Below are positions 41,793 to 52,618 of a stretch of 64,000 nucleotides of DNA, one piece after another. Each line of letters begins with the position of its first letter. Within the stretch, counting starts at the first letter, position 1. The notes under the pieces were generated by a model that was given only the letters and a program-made list of their open reading frames with translations, made no database searches and was not told where the DNA came from. The DNA is from Candidatus Methanomethylicia archaeon (GTDB lineage Archaea; Thermoproteota; Methanomethylicia; CALHIW01): positions 1-64,000 of the forward strand of contig JAWBQF010000005.1 of the NCBI GenBank assembly GCA_038845975.1, given 5' to 3'. A program made the position numbers and the translations under genes.

Positions 41793-43451
41793 TTACTGTT
41801 TTATATAGGCTAGGTTTACTGGTTTAATTTCTACTAGCATTTCTCCATTATGGTGGAAGAATACTATATTGTTTAGCCATTTCTTACTATTTTCCCTTGG
41901 ATAGTCTTCTCTATAGTGTGCCCCTCGGCTTTCTGTTCTTATTAAGGCAGCTTTAGCTACAATTCTCCCTACAGTAATGAGATTAATGGTTTCCAGTAGT
42001 TCACCCAATTCTCTATATGTTTTTTCTTCACTTGCTATGTAGAGGTTTTGAATCTGTTTACTTATTCTATCTAGTTCGTTTAATGCTTTTATAAGTTCAC
42101 TTCCTTTTCTAGTAACTCCTACATAATTATTCATAATGTTTTGCACTTCTATTCTAATTAATCTGTAGTCCATTCCCTCCTCTCTTTTATAGAAGCTGGA
42201 AATCCTACTTATTTCTGATTCAACTTGTTCCATAGGTATTTCAGGAGGGGCTCTAGATATGGCTCTTTTAGCTGCTGATGTACCTGCTATTTTTCCAAAT
42301 ACTAGAGTATCAGTTAATGCATTACCTGCAAGTCTATTTGCACCATGAATTCCAGCTGTAACTTCCCCACATGCAAATAGACCATTAAGACTTGTCTTAG
42401 CATATTCATCAATTCTAATACCTCCCATAAAGTGATGAGCGCCTGGAGCCCACTCGATTGGCTGCCATTTAGGATCTATACCCGCAGCTCTACATGCCTG
42501 CATGAAGGATTCAAAACGTTCTAATTCCTTTTCAGGAACGCCTGATAAATCATTATAGACTCCGCCATGACTTGTCCCTCTTCCCTCCTTTATTTCCTTA
42601 TATGTGTATATAGCTATTAAATCACGTGTAACGTTTTCACATCTAACTGGATCGTATTTCTTCATGTATCGTTCACAGAGAACATTATAAAATCTACCAC
42701 CACTACTCACCATTCCATCTGCTGGTGGAGGCTGCCCCCTAAGTATTGAAGGATATACTATACATGCTCTAAACTGTATAAACTCCATATCAGTTAATTC
42801 AGCCCCTGCTTGGTACGCTATAGCATAGCCATCTCCAGTGATGCCTGGAGGATTAGTTGTAATTGGATACAGCCATCCGGCACCACCAGTAGCTAGTATC
42901 GTTGATTTTGCTCTTACAGTTAGAATATTCCCAGTTTTAAGATTTAATCCTACTACTCCTACTACTTCTCTACCAATAGTTAATAAACGTGTAGCCATTA
43001 CATGATCTATCACTTCAATATCTAGTTCACGTACTCTCTTAACCAACCCCTCTATCCAGCCTCCAGCATAGGGTTTACTGGAAACTATTGCTCGTGGCTG
43101 GCTATATCCCCCAAAAGCAAACAACCTATATTTCCCATCTTCTTTTTCAAAATATGTTCCAAACTCTTCAAGCTCTTTAGCAGCCTCTACTGATTTCTCA
43201 ATCATTATCTTTACTAGAACCTGATTATTTATGAAACGTCCTCCAACCACAGTATCTCTCAATTGGCTTTCAAAGCTTTGCAGATCAAAAGCTACCTGCA
43301 TAGCTCCCATAGCATAAGAACTACATCCAGATGGGAAGCCTCCCTTACATACTATAACAGCCTTCACATTATATCTTTGAGTTTCAATAGCTGCTCTAAG
43401 ACCAGCCCCTCCAGAACCAACTATTAATACATCAGTATCAATAATCTCCAA
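41793..43451 (-). CDS. FAD-dependent oxidoreductase, SdhA/FrdA/TfrA/NadB family, atypical active site
   Basis: VGSGGAGL.AA, LATGGAG, TGDG, HHFMGG, HGANRLAGNAL, ESRGAHYR. No Fe-S subunit adjacent. Confidence 0.88.
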   Translation of the reverse strand: MEIIDTDVLIVGSGGAGLRAAIETQRYNVKAVIVCKGGFPSGCSSYAMGAMQVAFDLQSFESQLRDTVVGGRFINNQVLVKIMIEKSVEAAKELEEFGTYFEKEDGKYRLFAFGGYSQPRAIVSSKPYAGGWIEGLVKRVRELDIEVIDHVMATRLLTIGREVVGVVGLNLKTGNILTVRAKSTILATGGAGWLYPITTNPPGITGDGYAIAYQAGAELTDMEFIQFRACIVYPSILRGQPPPADGMVSSGGRFYNVLCERYMKKYDPVRCENVTRDLIAIYTYKEIKEGRGTSHGGVYNDLSGVPEKELERFESFMQACRAAGIDPKWQPIEWAPGAHHFMGGIRIDEYAKTSLNGLFACGEVTAGIHGANRLAGNALTDTLVFGKIAGTSAAKRAISRAPPEIPMEQVESEISRISSFYKREEGMDYRLIRIEVQNIMNNYVGVTRKGSELIKALNELDRISKQIQNLYIASEEKTYRELGELLETINLITVGRIVAKAALIRTESRGAHYREDYPRENSKKWLNNIVFFHHNGEMLVEIKPVNLAYIKQ

Positions 43452-43619
43452 GCATCTCCCCCATACTTAAGATCAACATGTAAATCGTATTCGAAGCTTT
43501 ACAGCTAGTTTTATTTAAGTTTTACTATAAAGTACTGGGATACTGTTACTTTTAGATTTTTGAGGTGCTTTAGGAAGCCATCTCTTGGAGAGAGAAAACA
43601 CTTAGTGGATGTGGGACAC

Positions 43620-44515
43620 CATTTAGATATCCGCAGTCATCTGTTGCTATTAGAGAGAAAGTTCCATATCTAACTGCTGTTATTTCAACTGAAACTTTAG
43701 TGGAGGGTGGAAAACGTAAAAGTCCTTATCTATTTAGTATGCTGGTAATGATTGATGTACTGGCAAGAAACATGATGGATCTACTTAAAGACAACATAGA
43801 TAAGGGTGTTTTACCGAAGCCCCTTAAAATAGCTAATATCTGGGAGAATACTCCTCATGGCTTAGATTGGCGCCGTGGTATTTATGAGAAGGTACTTGAA
43901 TACCCTGGTTATTTTGAGGTAGTAGTAGATGAACCAGTTGAAGTAGGAGCAACAGAGTTTAAGCCATTACTTCTTAAGATGGAGGCTGCAGGAGCAAATG
44001 CACTTATGGTGGATATTCGCCTTACTGAAATGATGAGCATGCATCGTCAATTAGTAGAAATGGGAATATATGGTAAGTATCCTGTAATAACCTATGGAGC
44101 TCGAGGAGGTGAAAAAACCTTTAGAGATGAGTTTAAGGATAAATCCAATTATGTTATATGGGGTACATTCTTCTCAGATAGATTACCCTATCCCCAGATA
44201 AAGAGCTTTATTGAGAAATGGAAAAAGATTAGTGATCTCCCTGTTGAATGGTATGCAGCTGTTGGATATGAAAATGCAAGAATAATGTTTAAGGCAATAG
44301 AGGCAGCAGGATCCTTAAATAGAGATAAGATAAGAGATGCTTTACAGAATATTGTGGTTAAAGACGTTATGTTTCCTGGACAGAAAATTAGCTTTGATGA
44401 GTTCGGAATGGCGCATTATCCTTACCTTATAGTACAGAATGTTCCAGATGGTCAAACAAGAATAATATATCCGCCAGAACTAGCCGAAGCATCTTTTATC
44501 CCTATTGGTAAGTAG
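43620..44515 (+). pseudogene. Branched-chain amino acid-type ABC substrate-binding protein, N-terminally truncated
   Basis: Only ~290 codons. LivJ-like C-terminal half (AIEAAGSLNRDKIRDAL). Homology runs upstream of GTG 43700 (SVAIREKVPYL) and then breaks; no signal peptide. Confidence 0.65.
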
Positions 44516-44527
44516 GTGTAAATATTA

Positions 44528-45391
44528 GTGGATGGATTATTTCTTTCTCTTTTTTTACATTTTATATTTTTAAGTTCAACCTATGCCTTAATGGCCTATG
44601 GAATGGCTCTTATTTGTGGAATTATGAGAATAATAAATGTTTTACATGCTGGATTCATTATGTTTGGCGGTTATTTTGCATATGCCTTATTTATCTATTA
44701 TGGTATAGATCCATTAATTTCATCAATTATTCTAATTCCAGTAGCTTTTATACTTGGTTTTAGTATTCATAGGGCATTACTAGCTCGATTGGCTAAAACC
44801 TCCATTCAGATGACGCTTTTACTCTTATTTGCTCTTTGGATAATAGCTCAGAATCTATCATTACTGTTATTTACAGCTGATCCCCGTATGATAGCATCAA
44901 GGCTACCATATGCTTTTGAAATAAATTTAGGTGGTGTAAACGTATCTTTTCAGAGAATAGTTCTTCTATGCGCCTTTACTCTAGTATCTTTTCTTACATA
45001 CATGTTGCTGAATAGAACAATGTTGGGGAAAGCTATTAGAGGTACATCGCAGGATGAGGAAGCAGCATCCTATTGCGGTGTAAATACAGAACTTATAAAG
45101 GATGTAGCATTCGGTATTGGTACTGTTTTAGCCTCTATATTTGGAGCTTTAGCAACTATACTATATCCAATTGATCCATTTTTTGGAACTGTTTTTCAGT
45201 TTAAAGTTTTTGTAATAACTGTATTGGCTGGAATGGAGAACGTAATAGGTGTATTTATTGCTTCCATGATGATTAGCGCTATTGAAAGTATTGCTGGATT
45301 CTATGTGAAGTTCGGCTTACTTGATATTGTTACATATGTAGTGTTTCTAGTAGTTCTTATCATATGGCCTCAAGGCTTATTTAGAAGGTGA
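44528..45391 (+). CDS. livH: Branched-chain amino acid ABC permease
   Basis: YALMAYGMALICGIMRIINVLH, LGKAIRG.SQDEEAA..GVN. Confidence 0.88.
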   Translation: MDGLFLSLFLHFIFLSSTYALMAYGMALICGIMRIINVLHAGFIMFGGYFAYALFIYYGIDPLISSIILIPVAFILGFSIHRALLARLAKTSIQMTLLLLFALWIIAQNLSLLLFTADPRMIASRLPYAFEINLGGVNVSFQRIVLLCAFTLVSFLTYMLLNRTMLGKAIRGTSQDEEAASYCGVNTELIKDVAFGIGTVLASIFGALATILYPIDPFFGTVFQFKVFVITVLAGMENVIGVFIASMMISAIESIAGFYVKFGLLDIVTYVVFLVVLIIWPQGLFRR

Positions 45392-45395
45392 TTAA

Positions 45396-46364
45396 ATGAA
45401 GATCAACTATAAAATACTATTTACTATAACTCTCCTAGTAGTTATGGTAGTAATTCCAGGAATGCCTAGGGCTGATGTAATTGTAAGATATCTTTTATGG
45501 GCTTTCCTTATCATAACGTTAAGCTCAGGATGGAATATTATTGGTGGGTACGCTGGTCAGTTTTCTCTTGGTCATTCTGTATTTTACGGTGTTGGAGCAT
45601 ATGTTTTCGTTATGTTTTTCCATAGTTTTAAAATTCACTGGGCTCTATCAATTCTTATAGCTGGTATATTTTCAACTATTACTTCGGTAGCTATAGGTAT
45701 CCCTACTTTAAGATTGAGAGGAGGCTACTTTGCTGTTGGTACTTTAGCTTTATCTGAGGTTATGAGGGTATGGGCAAATAATGCCCCGGAAGTTTTTAAA
45801 GGCGGCGTTACGGGAATAGCTGTTACATTGCCTGAAGGTTGGAGTATCATTCATTCCTATTATCTAATGCTTAACTTAACAGTAATAGCCATAGCTACTA
45901 GTTATTTTGTGAAGAATTCTACGTTAGGATTAAAGTTAAGAGCAATTAAAGATGATGAAGACGCAGCGGAGGGTTTAGGTGTTAACGTTTTAACATGTAA
46001 AATAGTAGCATTAATGTTAAGCTCCCTTATTGTAGGCTTAGCTGGTGCTACTCAAATTACTTTTACTGCATATGTTAGTCCAGATAGTGTATTTGGTACT
46101 AAGCGTAGTTTAGAAATGGTTCTTGCATGTCTACTTGGAGGTTTAGGAACAATATATGGTCCTATAATAGGTGGAGCATTATTTGAACTTCTGGCAAGAA
46201 TCCTATGGGGGTTTCCGCATTTCCATTTATTAATCTATGGGAGCATAATAGCTGTCCTAATTGTTTTTGAACCTAGAGGGGTTATTGGTATAGCTGATAA
46301 GTTAAAGCATATATTAAGATTAAAACAATTCCTAAAGGTGAATAGTATTGCTAGAGGGCGTTAA
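45396..46364 (+). CDS. livM: Branched-chain amino acid ABC permease
   Basis: WNIIGGYAGQFSLGH, LRLRGGYFA..TLA, AIKDDEDAA, GGLGTIYGP. Confidence 0.9.
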   Translation: MKINYKILFTITLLVVMVVIPGMPRADVIVRYLLWAFLIITLSSGWNIIGGYAGQFSLGHSVFYGVGAYVFVMFFHSFKIHWALSILIAGIFSTITSVAIGIPTLRLRGGYFAVGTLALSEVMRVWANNAPEVFKGGVTGIAVTLPEGWSIIHSYYLMLNLTVIAIATSYFVKNSTLGLKLRAIKDDEDAAEGLGVNVLTCKIVALMLSSLIVGLAGATQITFTAYVSPDSVFGTKRSLEMVLACLLGGLGTIYGPIIGGALFELLARILWGFPHFHLLIYGSIIAVLIVFEPRGVIGIADKLKHILRLKQFLKVNSIARGR

Positions 46365-47076
46365 TATTTCTAAGTTTTTCGGTGGGTTAGCAGCACTTAA
46401 AAATGTTAGTTTCTCACTGAACAAGAGGGAAATAGTTGGATTAATAGGACCTAATGGTGCAGGCAAAACTACTCTGTTTAACATAATAACTGGTTTTATC
46501 CCCCCGTCTTCAGGCACTATACTTTTCAAGGGTAAGAAGCTAAATGGTCTTAAACCCCATAAAATATGTAGATCCGGAATTGCTAGAACTTATCAAATTG
46601 TTAAACCTTTCTCTAATTTAACAGTATTGGAGAACGTTACTGTAGGTATAGTTTCTAGAGAGAAGAATAGGGTAAGTTTCAGTAAAGCTAGAAGTGAAGC
46701 TTTAGAAATACTTAAGCTTGTAGGATTAGAAAATAAGGAATCTGTATTAGCGAAAAACCTAACATTAATGGATAAGAAGATGCTTGAATTTGCTAGAGCT
46801 TTAGCTACTAAGCCTGAAGTTCTACTATTAGATGAAGTATGCGCTGGACTAAATCCAACTGAGATTTATAGAGCTATACAACTCATAAAGAGTCTACGAG
46901 AGCATGGTATTACAATTTTTTGGATTGAACACATAATGAGAGCGATCATGACTGTTGCCGATAGAATTATAGTTTTACATCATGGAGAGAAAATAGCGGA
47001 AGGCCCCCCTAAAGAGATAGCAAATGATTCTAGAGTAATAGATGCTTATCTAGGTGAAAAATATCTATTAGGATAG
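46348..47076 (+). CDS. livG: ABC ATP-binding protein
   Basis: GPNGAGKTT, GIARTYQ, LLLDE, AYLG. Confidence 0.92.
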   Translation: MLEGVNISKFFGGLAALKNVSFSLNKREIVGLIGPNGAGKTTLFNIITGFIPPSSGTILFKGKKLNGLKPHKICRSGIARTYQIVKPFSNLTVLENVTVGIVSREKNRVSFSKARSEALEILKLVGLENKESVLAKNLTLMDKKMLEFARALATKPEVLLLDEVCAGLNPTEIYRAIQLIKSLREHGITIFWIEHIMRAIMTVADRIIVLHHGEKIAEGPPKEIANDSRVIDAYLGEKYLLG

Positions 47077-47086
47077 CTGATCTAAA

Positions 47087-47791
47087 ATGTTAAAGGTTAA
47101 TTCCATCAATGTCTTTTACGGGGAGCTTCAAGCTCTATGGAATGTTTCCCTTAGAATAGATGAAAAGGAGAAAGTAGCTATTCTTGGCTCTAATGGAGCT
47201 GGTAAAACAACAACGTTGAGAGCTATCCTAGGAGTATTACCTATCAAAAGCGGCTCTATAATGTTTCTAGATAGGGAAATCCATCGTTTACCTACGCATA
47301 AAATTGTTGAGCTAGGAATAGCTATTGTTCCTGAGGGGAGGCGGCTCTTCCCTCGCTTAACAGTTCTTGAAAATCTTGAATTAGGAGCCTATAGCCGTAA
47401 GGCTAGAGAGAAAATGAGGGATACCTTAGAATGGATATATCAGATCTTCCCTATACTTAAGGAAAGAAGGAATCAAATAGCCGGTACATTAAGTGGTGGA
47501 GAACAACAAATGTTAGCTATAGGTAGAGCATTAATGTCAAAACCTAAACTACTTTTAATGGATGAACCAACATTAGGACTTGCACCAAAAATAGCTTTAT
47601 CCGTTTTTGAAATAGTCAATAAAATAAGTAATGAGGGTGTCACTATATTACTTGTCGAACAGAATGTACGTCATACTCTAGAGATTGTTGATAGAGCCTA
47701 TATTCTTGAAGGAGGTAAAATTGTAATGGAGGGTGAAAGCAACCAGCTAATAGATAACGAATATGTGAAAAAGTCTTATTTAGGCCTATAA
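47087..47791 (+). CDS. livF: ABC ATP-binding protein
   Basis: GSNGAGKTT, VPEGRRLF, LSGGEQQMLA, LVEQN. Confidence 0.93.
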   Translation: MLKVNSINVFYGELQALWNVSLRIDEKEKVAILGSNGAGKTTTLRAILGVLPIKSGSIMFLDREIHRLPTHKIVELGIAIVPEGRRLFPRLTVLENLELGAYSRKAREKMRDTLEWIYQIFPILKERRNQIAGTLSGGEQQMLAIGRALMSKPKLLLMDEPTLGLAPKIALSVFEIVNKISNEGVTILLVEQNVRHTLEIVDRAYILEGGKIVMEGESNQLIDNEYVKKSYLGL

Positions 47792-48120
47792 CCAAGCTTA
47801 TATTATTCTAACTAAATGATTAGCTTATATTTCAGTTAGGATAAAATAGTAATACGCTCCACTCTATTAACTCGTTTTTAAAGCGTTTCATCCACTATGT
47901 GAAGGCATAGTATTTGTTAGCTTAAGTTAATAAGGCAGCATAATCTATAAGCAGCCTCTAATACTAATATAACTAAAGTCCTTAGTTAAGAAGTGATGTA
48001 GTGAATTGCTTAGCTTCAATATAGCTATGTTTCTCATTTTATGTTTATACGTTTACTTAAAATTTAAATGTATTTTTAAACATATATTTATTAGCTTTGC
48101 TTAATTAATGGAATGAGACT

Positions 48121-49155
48121 ATGAATCGGGGTTTAAAAATAGCTGTTTTACTTGTAGCTGCAGTAATTATTATTGCAGTTGCTTATACAGTATTCAGCCC
48201 TAAAGTCCCACCTACAACACCTACCGGAAAGATTAGAGTAGCTGTAATATATGTTACTCCAATAGAAGAGCCTTGGAATACTGTTATGCATGAAGCTATG
48301 AGTTGGGCTGTTAGTAACTTAAATGTAGAGTATGTATATTCTGAAAAGGTAGATACTGCTGACGTAGAGAGAGTTATTAGAGAATATATTGCTGCAGGCT
48401 ATGACATAATTATTCCCCATAGCTGGGGCTATCATCCAGTAACAATTAAGGTAGCTAAAGAATATAGTAAAGTTGCATTTGCTCAGGGTTCAGGTCCACT
48501 AGATTTAGAATATCCGCCAAATATTGTTCTCTACGATTACTGGATTCAAGATGCTTCCTATATAGCTGGGGTAATAGCCGGAAAGATGACTAAGACAAAT
48601 GTTATTGGTGTTGTTGCAGCTTATCCTGTTCCAGATGTAAATAGGCTTGTTAATGCTTTTGCAGCTGGAGCTAAATCAGTTAATCCAAATGTTAACATTA
48701 GGGTAATATATATTGAAAGCTGGTTTGACCCAATAAAGGGGAAGGAAGCCGCTAAAGCTTTAATTGATGAAGGTGCAGATTTCATATATGCTGAAAGATA
48801 TGGTCCATTCGAAGCTGCTAAGGAGGCAATGCAGAAAGGGAAAACTGTATACTGTTTTGGAAATATTGTTGATCAATCCCAGCTAGCACCTGAGGTAGTA
48901 TTGGCTAGTGTAGCTTGGGATTTAAAAACATTCGTTAAACACTTAGTTGAGATGAAGAGAAGTGGAGAATGGAAAGGTGGAGTGTATAATTGGGGTATGA
49001 AGGAGGGATGGGCGAAGCTTATTTGGAATCAAGCTCTTAAAAGCAAAGTTCCTGGAGATGTAATATCTCTAACAGAGAAAATACAGGATGATATAGTGAA
49101 TGGAAGGCTGAAAGTACCAATATATGAAGATTGGAATCCTGAGAGATGGAAGTAG
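48121..49155 (+). CDS. BMP-family (nucleoside/purine-type) ABC substrate-binding protein
   Basis: N-terminal TM anchor. SYIAGVIAGKMTKTNVIG, F..GAK.VNP, SWFDP.K.KEAA. Confidence 0.88.
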   Translation: MNRGLKIAVLLVAAVIIIAVAYTVFSPKVPPTTPTGKIRVAVIYVTPIEEPWNTVMHEAMSWAVSNLNVEYVYSEKVDTADVERVIREYIAAGYDIIIPHSWGYHPVTIKVAKEYSKVAFAQGSGPLDLEYPPNIVLYDYWIQDASYIAGVIAGKMTKTNVIGVVAAYPVPDVNRLVNAFAAGAKSVNPNVNIRVIYIESWFDPIKGKEAAKALIDEGADFIYAERYGPFEAAKEAMQKGKTVYCFGNIVDQSQLAPEVVLASVAWDLKTFVKHLVEMKRSGEWKGGVYNWGMKEGWAKLIWNQALKSKVPGDVISLTEKIQDDIVNGRLKVPIYEDWNPERWK

Positions 49156-49167
49156 CCTTTCCTAATT

Positions 49168-50625
49168 ATGATAGTAGTAGAGTTGAGAAATATAACTAAG
49201 ATTTATCCAGGAGGAATTGTAGCAAATAATAATGTGAATTTCGATTTAAAAAAGGGAGAAATACATGTACTACTTGGAGAGAATGGTGCTGGTAAGACTA
49301 CATTGATGAAAATCATGAGTGGATGTTTAACTCCGAACAAAGGCTCAATAATAGTTAATGGTAGAAATGTTTTTTTCAAGTCTTCTATGGATGCTTTAAA
49401 GCATGGAATAGGAATGGTTCATCAAAACTTTACTCTCATACCTACAATGACTGCTCTAGAAAATATTAAGCTTGGATTAATGGATAAAAAGATAAAAGTA
49501 GATGATTTAGTAAGAGATGTAGAAAACATATTTAGTAAATTATCATTTCCTAGAATTGACCTTAACAGTCCCGTATACATGCTATCTACTGGAGAGAAAC
49601 AGAAGATAGAAATTACCCGTCTTCTTCTTAGAGGAGTTAAAGTATTGATTCTGGATGAGCCAACATCAATGCTTTGCGGTTTTGAAGCAGATAAGTTTCT
49701 TGATTTACTTAGACTTCTTACATTGGAGGGATGTAGTGTAGTTTTTACAACCCATAAAATACGTGAAGCTATGAAAGTTAGTGATAGAATTACGGTTATG
49801 AAAAATGGGAGAGTAATTACTACGCTTAAAAGAGAGGATGTTAAAAGCGAGGATGATCTTGTTAAGCTAATGATAGGAGAGAAGATTGAAATGAAAACAG
49901 TAAAACATGAAGTTCAGTTTGACGGCACACCTCTATTACTAGTGAGAAACCTCGTAGTAGCTGATGACCAAGGAGTAGTTAAAGTTAAAAATATATCTTT
50001 AGAGTTACATAGAGGTGAAATTTTAGGGATTGCTGGTGTTGAAGGTAATGGACAAAAGGAGCTTGTAGAGGCTATAATTGGCTTCAAGAAGCCGCTCTCA
50101 GGTGAGCTTATTATTAATGGAGATTTAAGATATATTCCATCTGAAAGGGAGTTAGGAGTAGCTCAGTCACTAAGTGTTTTAGTAAACTCTATTATTAGGT
50201 CTCTTAATGATATGGATTTTAAGGGTAAATGGGGAACTATAAATATGAGTGGAGTTAAAAAGTTTTCTGAAGAGATAATATCCTTCATGAATATGAATAT
50301 ACCATCACTTAACATGTTAGTGAAGCATCTATCTGGTGGGAATATTGTTAGGTTGATTGTAGGAAGAGAGATATTAAAGACAAGAGAGATCCTAATAGCA
50401 GAACAGCCTACAGCTGGACTTGATGTTAGGTCAGCATATTTGGTTAGGAGAAACCTAATCGAGTTAGCTTCAAGAGGTGTAGGAATACTTTTAGTTTCAT
50501 CTGATCTAGATGAAATTATGGAGCTTAGTGATAGGATTGCTGTAATTAGGAATGGAGAAATAGTCAAGGTTTTTAGTAGAAATGAAGCAGATCCAAAGCT
50601 AATAGGAGCATACATGCTAGAATAG
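49168..50625 (+). CDS. CUT2/nucleoside ABC transporter tandem ATPase
   Basis: GENGAGKTT, LDEPT, GVEGNGQ.EL, LSGGN, QPTAGLDV. Confidence 0.9.
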   Translation: MIVVELRNITKIYPGGIVANNNVNFDLKKGEIHVLLGENGAGKTTLMKIMSGCLTPNKGSIIVNGRNVFFKSSMDALKHGIGMVHQNFTLIPTMTALENIKLGLMDKKIKVDDLVRDVENIFSKLSFPRIDLNSPVYMLSTGEKQKIEITRLLLRGVKVLILDEPTSMLCGFEADKFLDLLRLLTLEGCSVVFTTHKIREAMKVSDRITVMKNGRVITTLKREDVKSEDDLVKLMIGEKIEMKTVKHEVQFDGTPLLLVRNLVVADDQGVVKVKNISLELHRGEILGIAGVEGNGQKELVEAIIGFKKPLSGELIINGDLRYIPSERELGVAQSLSVLVNSIIRSLNDMDFKGKWGTINMSGVKKFSEEIISFMNMNIPSLNMLVKHLSGGNIVRLIVGREILKTREILIAEQPTAGLDVRSAYLVRRNLIELASRGVGILLVSSDLDEIMELSDRIAVIRNGEIVKVFSRNEADPKLIGAYMLE

Positions 50626-50627
50626 CT

Positions 50628-51689
50628 ATGTCAATTAACTATCTATTACTAACTAGATTCCTCCTCATATTGGTAGTTATAGGATCAGCCTTTATTGTAG
50701 GGGGAATAATAATAGCTTTATGTGGGGGAAATGCCTTACTAGCCTTCTACTGGCTTTTTCAGGGAGCATTTACTCCTATGCTAATTCCGGAAACTCTTGT
50801 TAGAGCTACTCCACTATTACTTATAAGTGAGGGTTTAGTTGTAGCATTCTCGGCAAGAATGTGGAATATAGGCGCTGAAGGTCAGTTCTATATGGGGGGA
50901 ATTAGTGCTGCAATTTTCTGTATAATTTTTAAGTATTTCACTATTCCTATGCAGCCTATAGCTTTACTCCTTGCTGGATTAAGTGGAGCTTTATGGGCTT
51001 TAGCTCCATCGATACTTAAGGTACGTTATGGAATTAATGAAATAATAACAACTCTCATGCTAAACTATATAGCTATGTATTTCGTTAGTTACCTACTTCA
51101 AGGTCCATTTAGGGATCCAGTATCCATGTTTCCTGAAACGGAGAGTATACCACTACATCTACAGATTCCTGTAGTAGTTGGTGGAACCAGACTACATTTA
51201 GGAGTTGTTTTCTCTTTTTTTGTTATTGTTCCTGTAACGTATTATTTTCTTGAAAGGACGAATTATGGGTTAAGGATTAAAATACTTGGATCAAGTTCTA
51301 GAGTAGCTCAATACTCTAAAATTCATTGTGATAAGGTAATGATTCAATCAATGCTTATTAGTGGCTTTTTAGCTGGCCTAGCTGGGGGAATAGAGGTATT
51401 AGCTGTACAACATAAAATGAGACTTGAGCTTTCCCCTTCATATTGCCAGTATGGCTATACAGGTATAGCTGTAGCTTTACTTAGCTATTTGAATCCCATA
51501 TTGACTATGTTCATATCAATATTTATCGGTGGATTGATTAATGGTAGTATGACAATGCATAGAATGGCTTCAATACCTGTAGGTATGGCTAATATAATTC
51601 AATCCCTAATTATTGTTTTTATATTGATAGGATACTATGTTGAAGATAAGTTGTCTTGGAGGATTCTGGAGAGGTTGAGGAGGAAATGA
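50628..51689 (+). CDS. Nucleoside-type ABC permease
   Basis: WNIGAEGQ, NEIITTLMLNY, GYTGIAVALL. Confidence 0.9.
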   Translation: MSINYLLLTRFLLILVVIGSAFIVGGIIIALCGGNALLAFYWLFQGAFTPMLIPETLVRATPLLLISEGLVVAFSARMWNIGAEGQFYMGGISAAIFCIIFKYFTIPMQPIALLLAGLSGALWALAPSILKVRYGINEIITTLMLNYIAMYFVSYLLQGPFRDPVSMFPETESIPLHLQIPVVVGGTRLHLGVVFSFFVIVPVTYYFLERTNYGLRIKILGSSSRVAQYSKIHCDKVMIQSMLISGFLAGLAGGIEVLAVQHKMRLELSPSYCQYGYTGIAVALLSYLNPILTMFISIFIGGLINGSMTMHRMASIPVGMANIIQSLIIVFILIGYYVEDKLSWRILERLRRK

Positions 51690-52618
51690 ATGATGTAGTA
51701 TTTGGACTAATATATTCAAGTATTTCTCTAGCTACACCAATACTATTGGTTAGTATTATTGAACTTATTGTTGAGAAGGGGGGTGTATTGAATTTAAGCA
51801 TTGAGGGCTCAATGCTTATAGGTGCCTTCTCCGCATTTATGGTAGCCTACTATACTGATAATTTAATATATGCATCTATTACTGCGGCTTTTTCCGGCTT
51901 ACTTCTATGTTTACTTTTCGCTTTTTTAACGATAGCATTAGCATTAGACCAAATGGTAACAGGGATAGCTCTTAATCTTCTAGCTTTAGGAGTAACATCA
52001 TATTTATATAGAGCTAGCTTTGGATGGTATGTAAGTCCTATTCCTCCACATATTGAGAAAACCATAGCTACACTTGAAATACCAGTATTGTCGAAGATTC
52101 CATTAATAGGAGAACTTCTCTTCAATCATATTCCACATACTTATATAGCGTTTATAATGGTTTTTATTTGTTGGTTTCTTTTTAAGACGGATTTAGGGTT
52201 GAAGATTAGAGCTATTGGGGAAGACCCTGAGATTGCTGAAGCCTTAGGGATAAATGTAAATGTTTTAAGATATATTCTCCTATTAGTAGAGGGAGCTATA
52301 GCTGGGATTTCAGGATCTCTACTTTCAATAGCTTACTACAATATGTTTCTTGATAATATGACTTCAGGTAGAGGATATGTAGCTATAGCTCTTATAATTC
52401 TTGCTAGGTGGAATCCTCTACTATTACTTCCAGCTGTTTACTTCTTTAACTTTGTAGATGTATTGCAGCTTAGAATTCAGGCAAGTGGTTTAGCATGGTT
52501 TCCATACCAGTTTTCCTTAATGCTTCCCTACTTATTTACGATACTAGCACTATTTATTATGGGTAGGAGGGTAAGAGGACCATCTTCTCTAGCTAAACCA
52601 TATAAGAAGCTAAGATAG
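51656..52618 (+). CDS. Nucleoside-type ABC permease; likely start near 51686
   Basis: EKGGVLNLSIEG, RAIGEDP..A...G, GRGYVAIA, MLPYL.T. Confidence 0.9.
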   Translation: MEDSGEVEEEMNDVVFGLIYSSISLATPILLVSIIELIVEKGGVLNLSIEGSMLIGAFSAFMVAYYTDNLIYASITAAFSGLLLCLLFAFLTIALALDQMVTGIALNLLALGVTSYLYRASFGWYVSPIPPHIEKTIATLEIPVLSKIPLIGELLFNHIPHTYIAFIMVFICWFLFKTDLGLKIRAIGEDPEIAEALGINVNVLRYILLLVEGAIAGISGSLLSIAYYNMFLDNMTSGRGYVAIALIILARWNPLLLLPAVYFFNFVDVLQLRIQASGLAWFPYQFSLMLPYLFTILALFIMGRRVRGPSSLAKPYKKLR

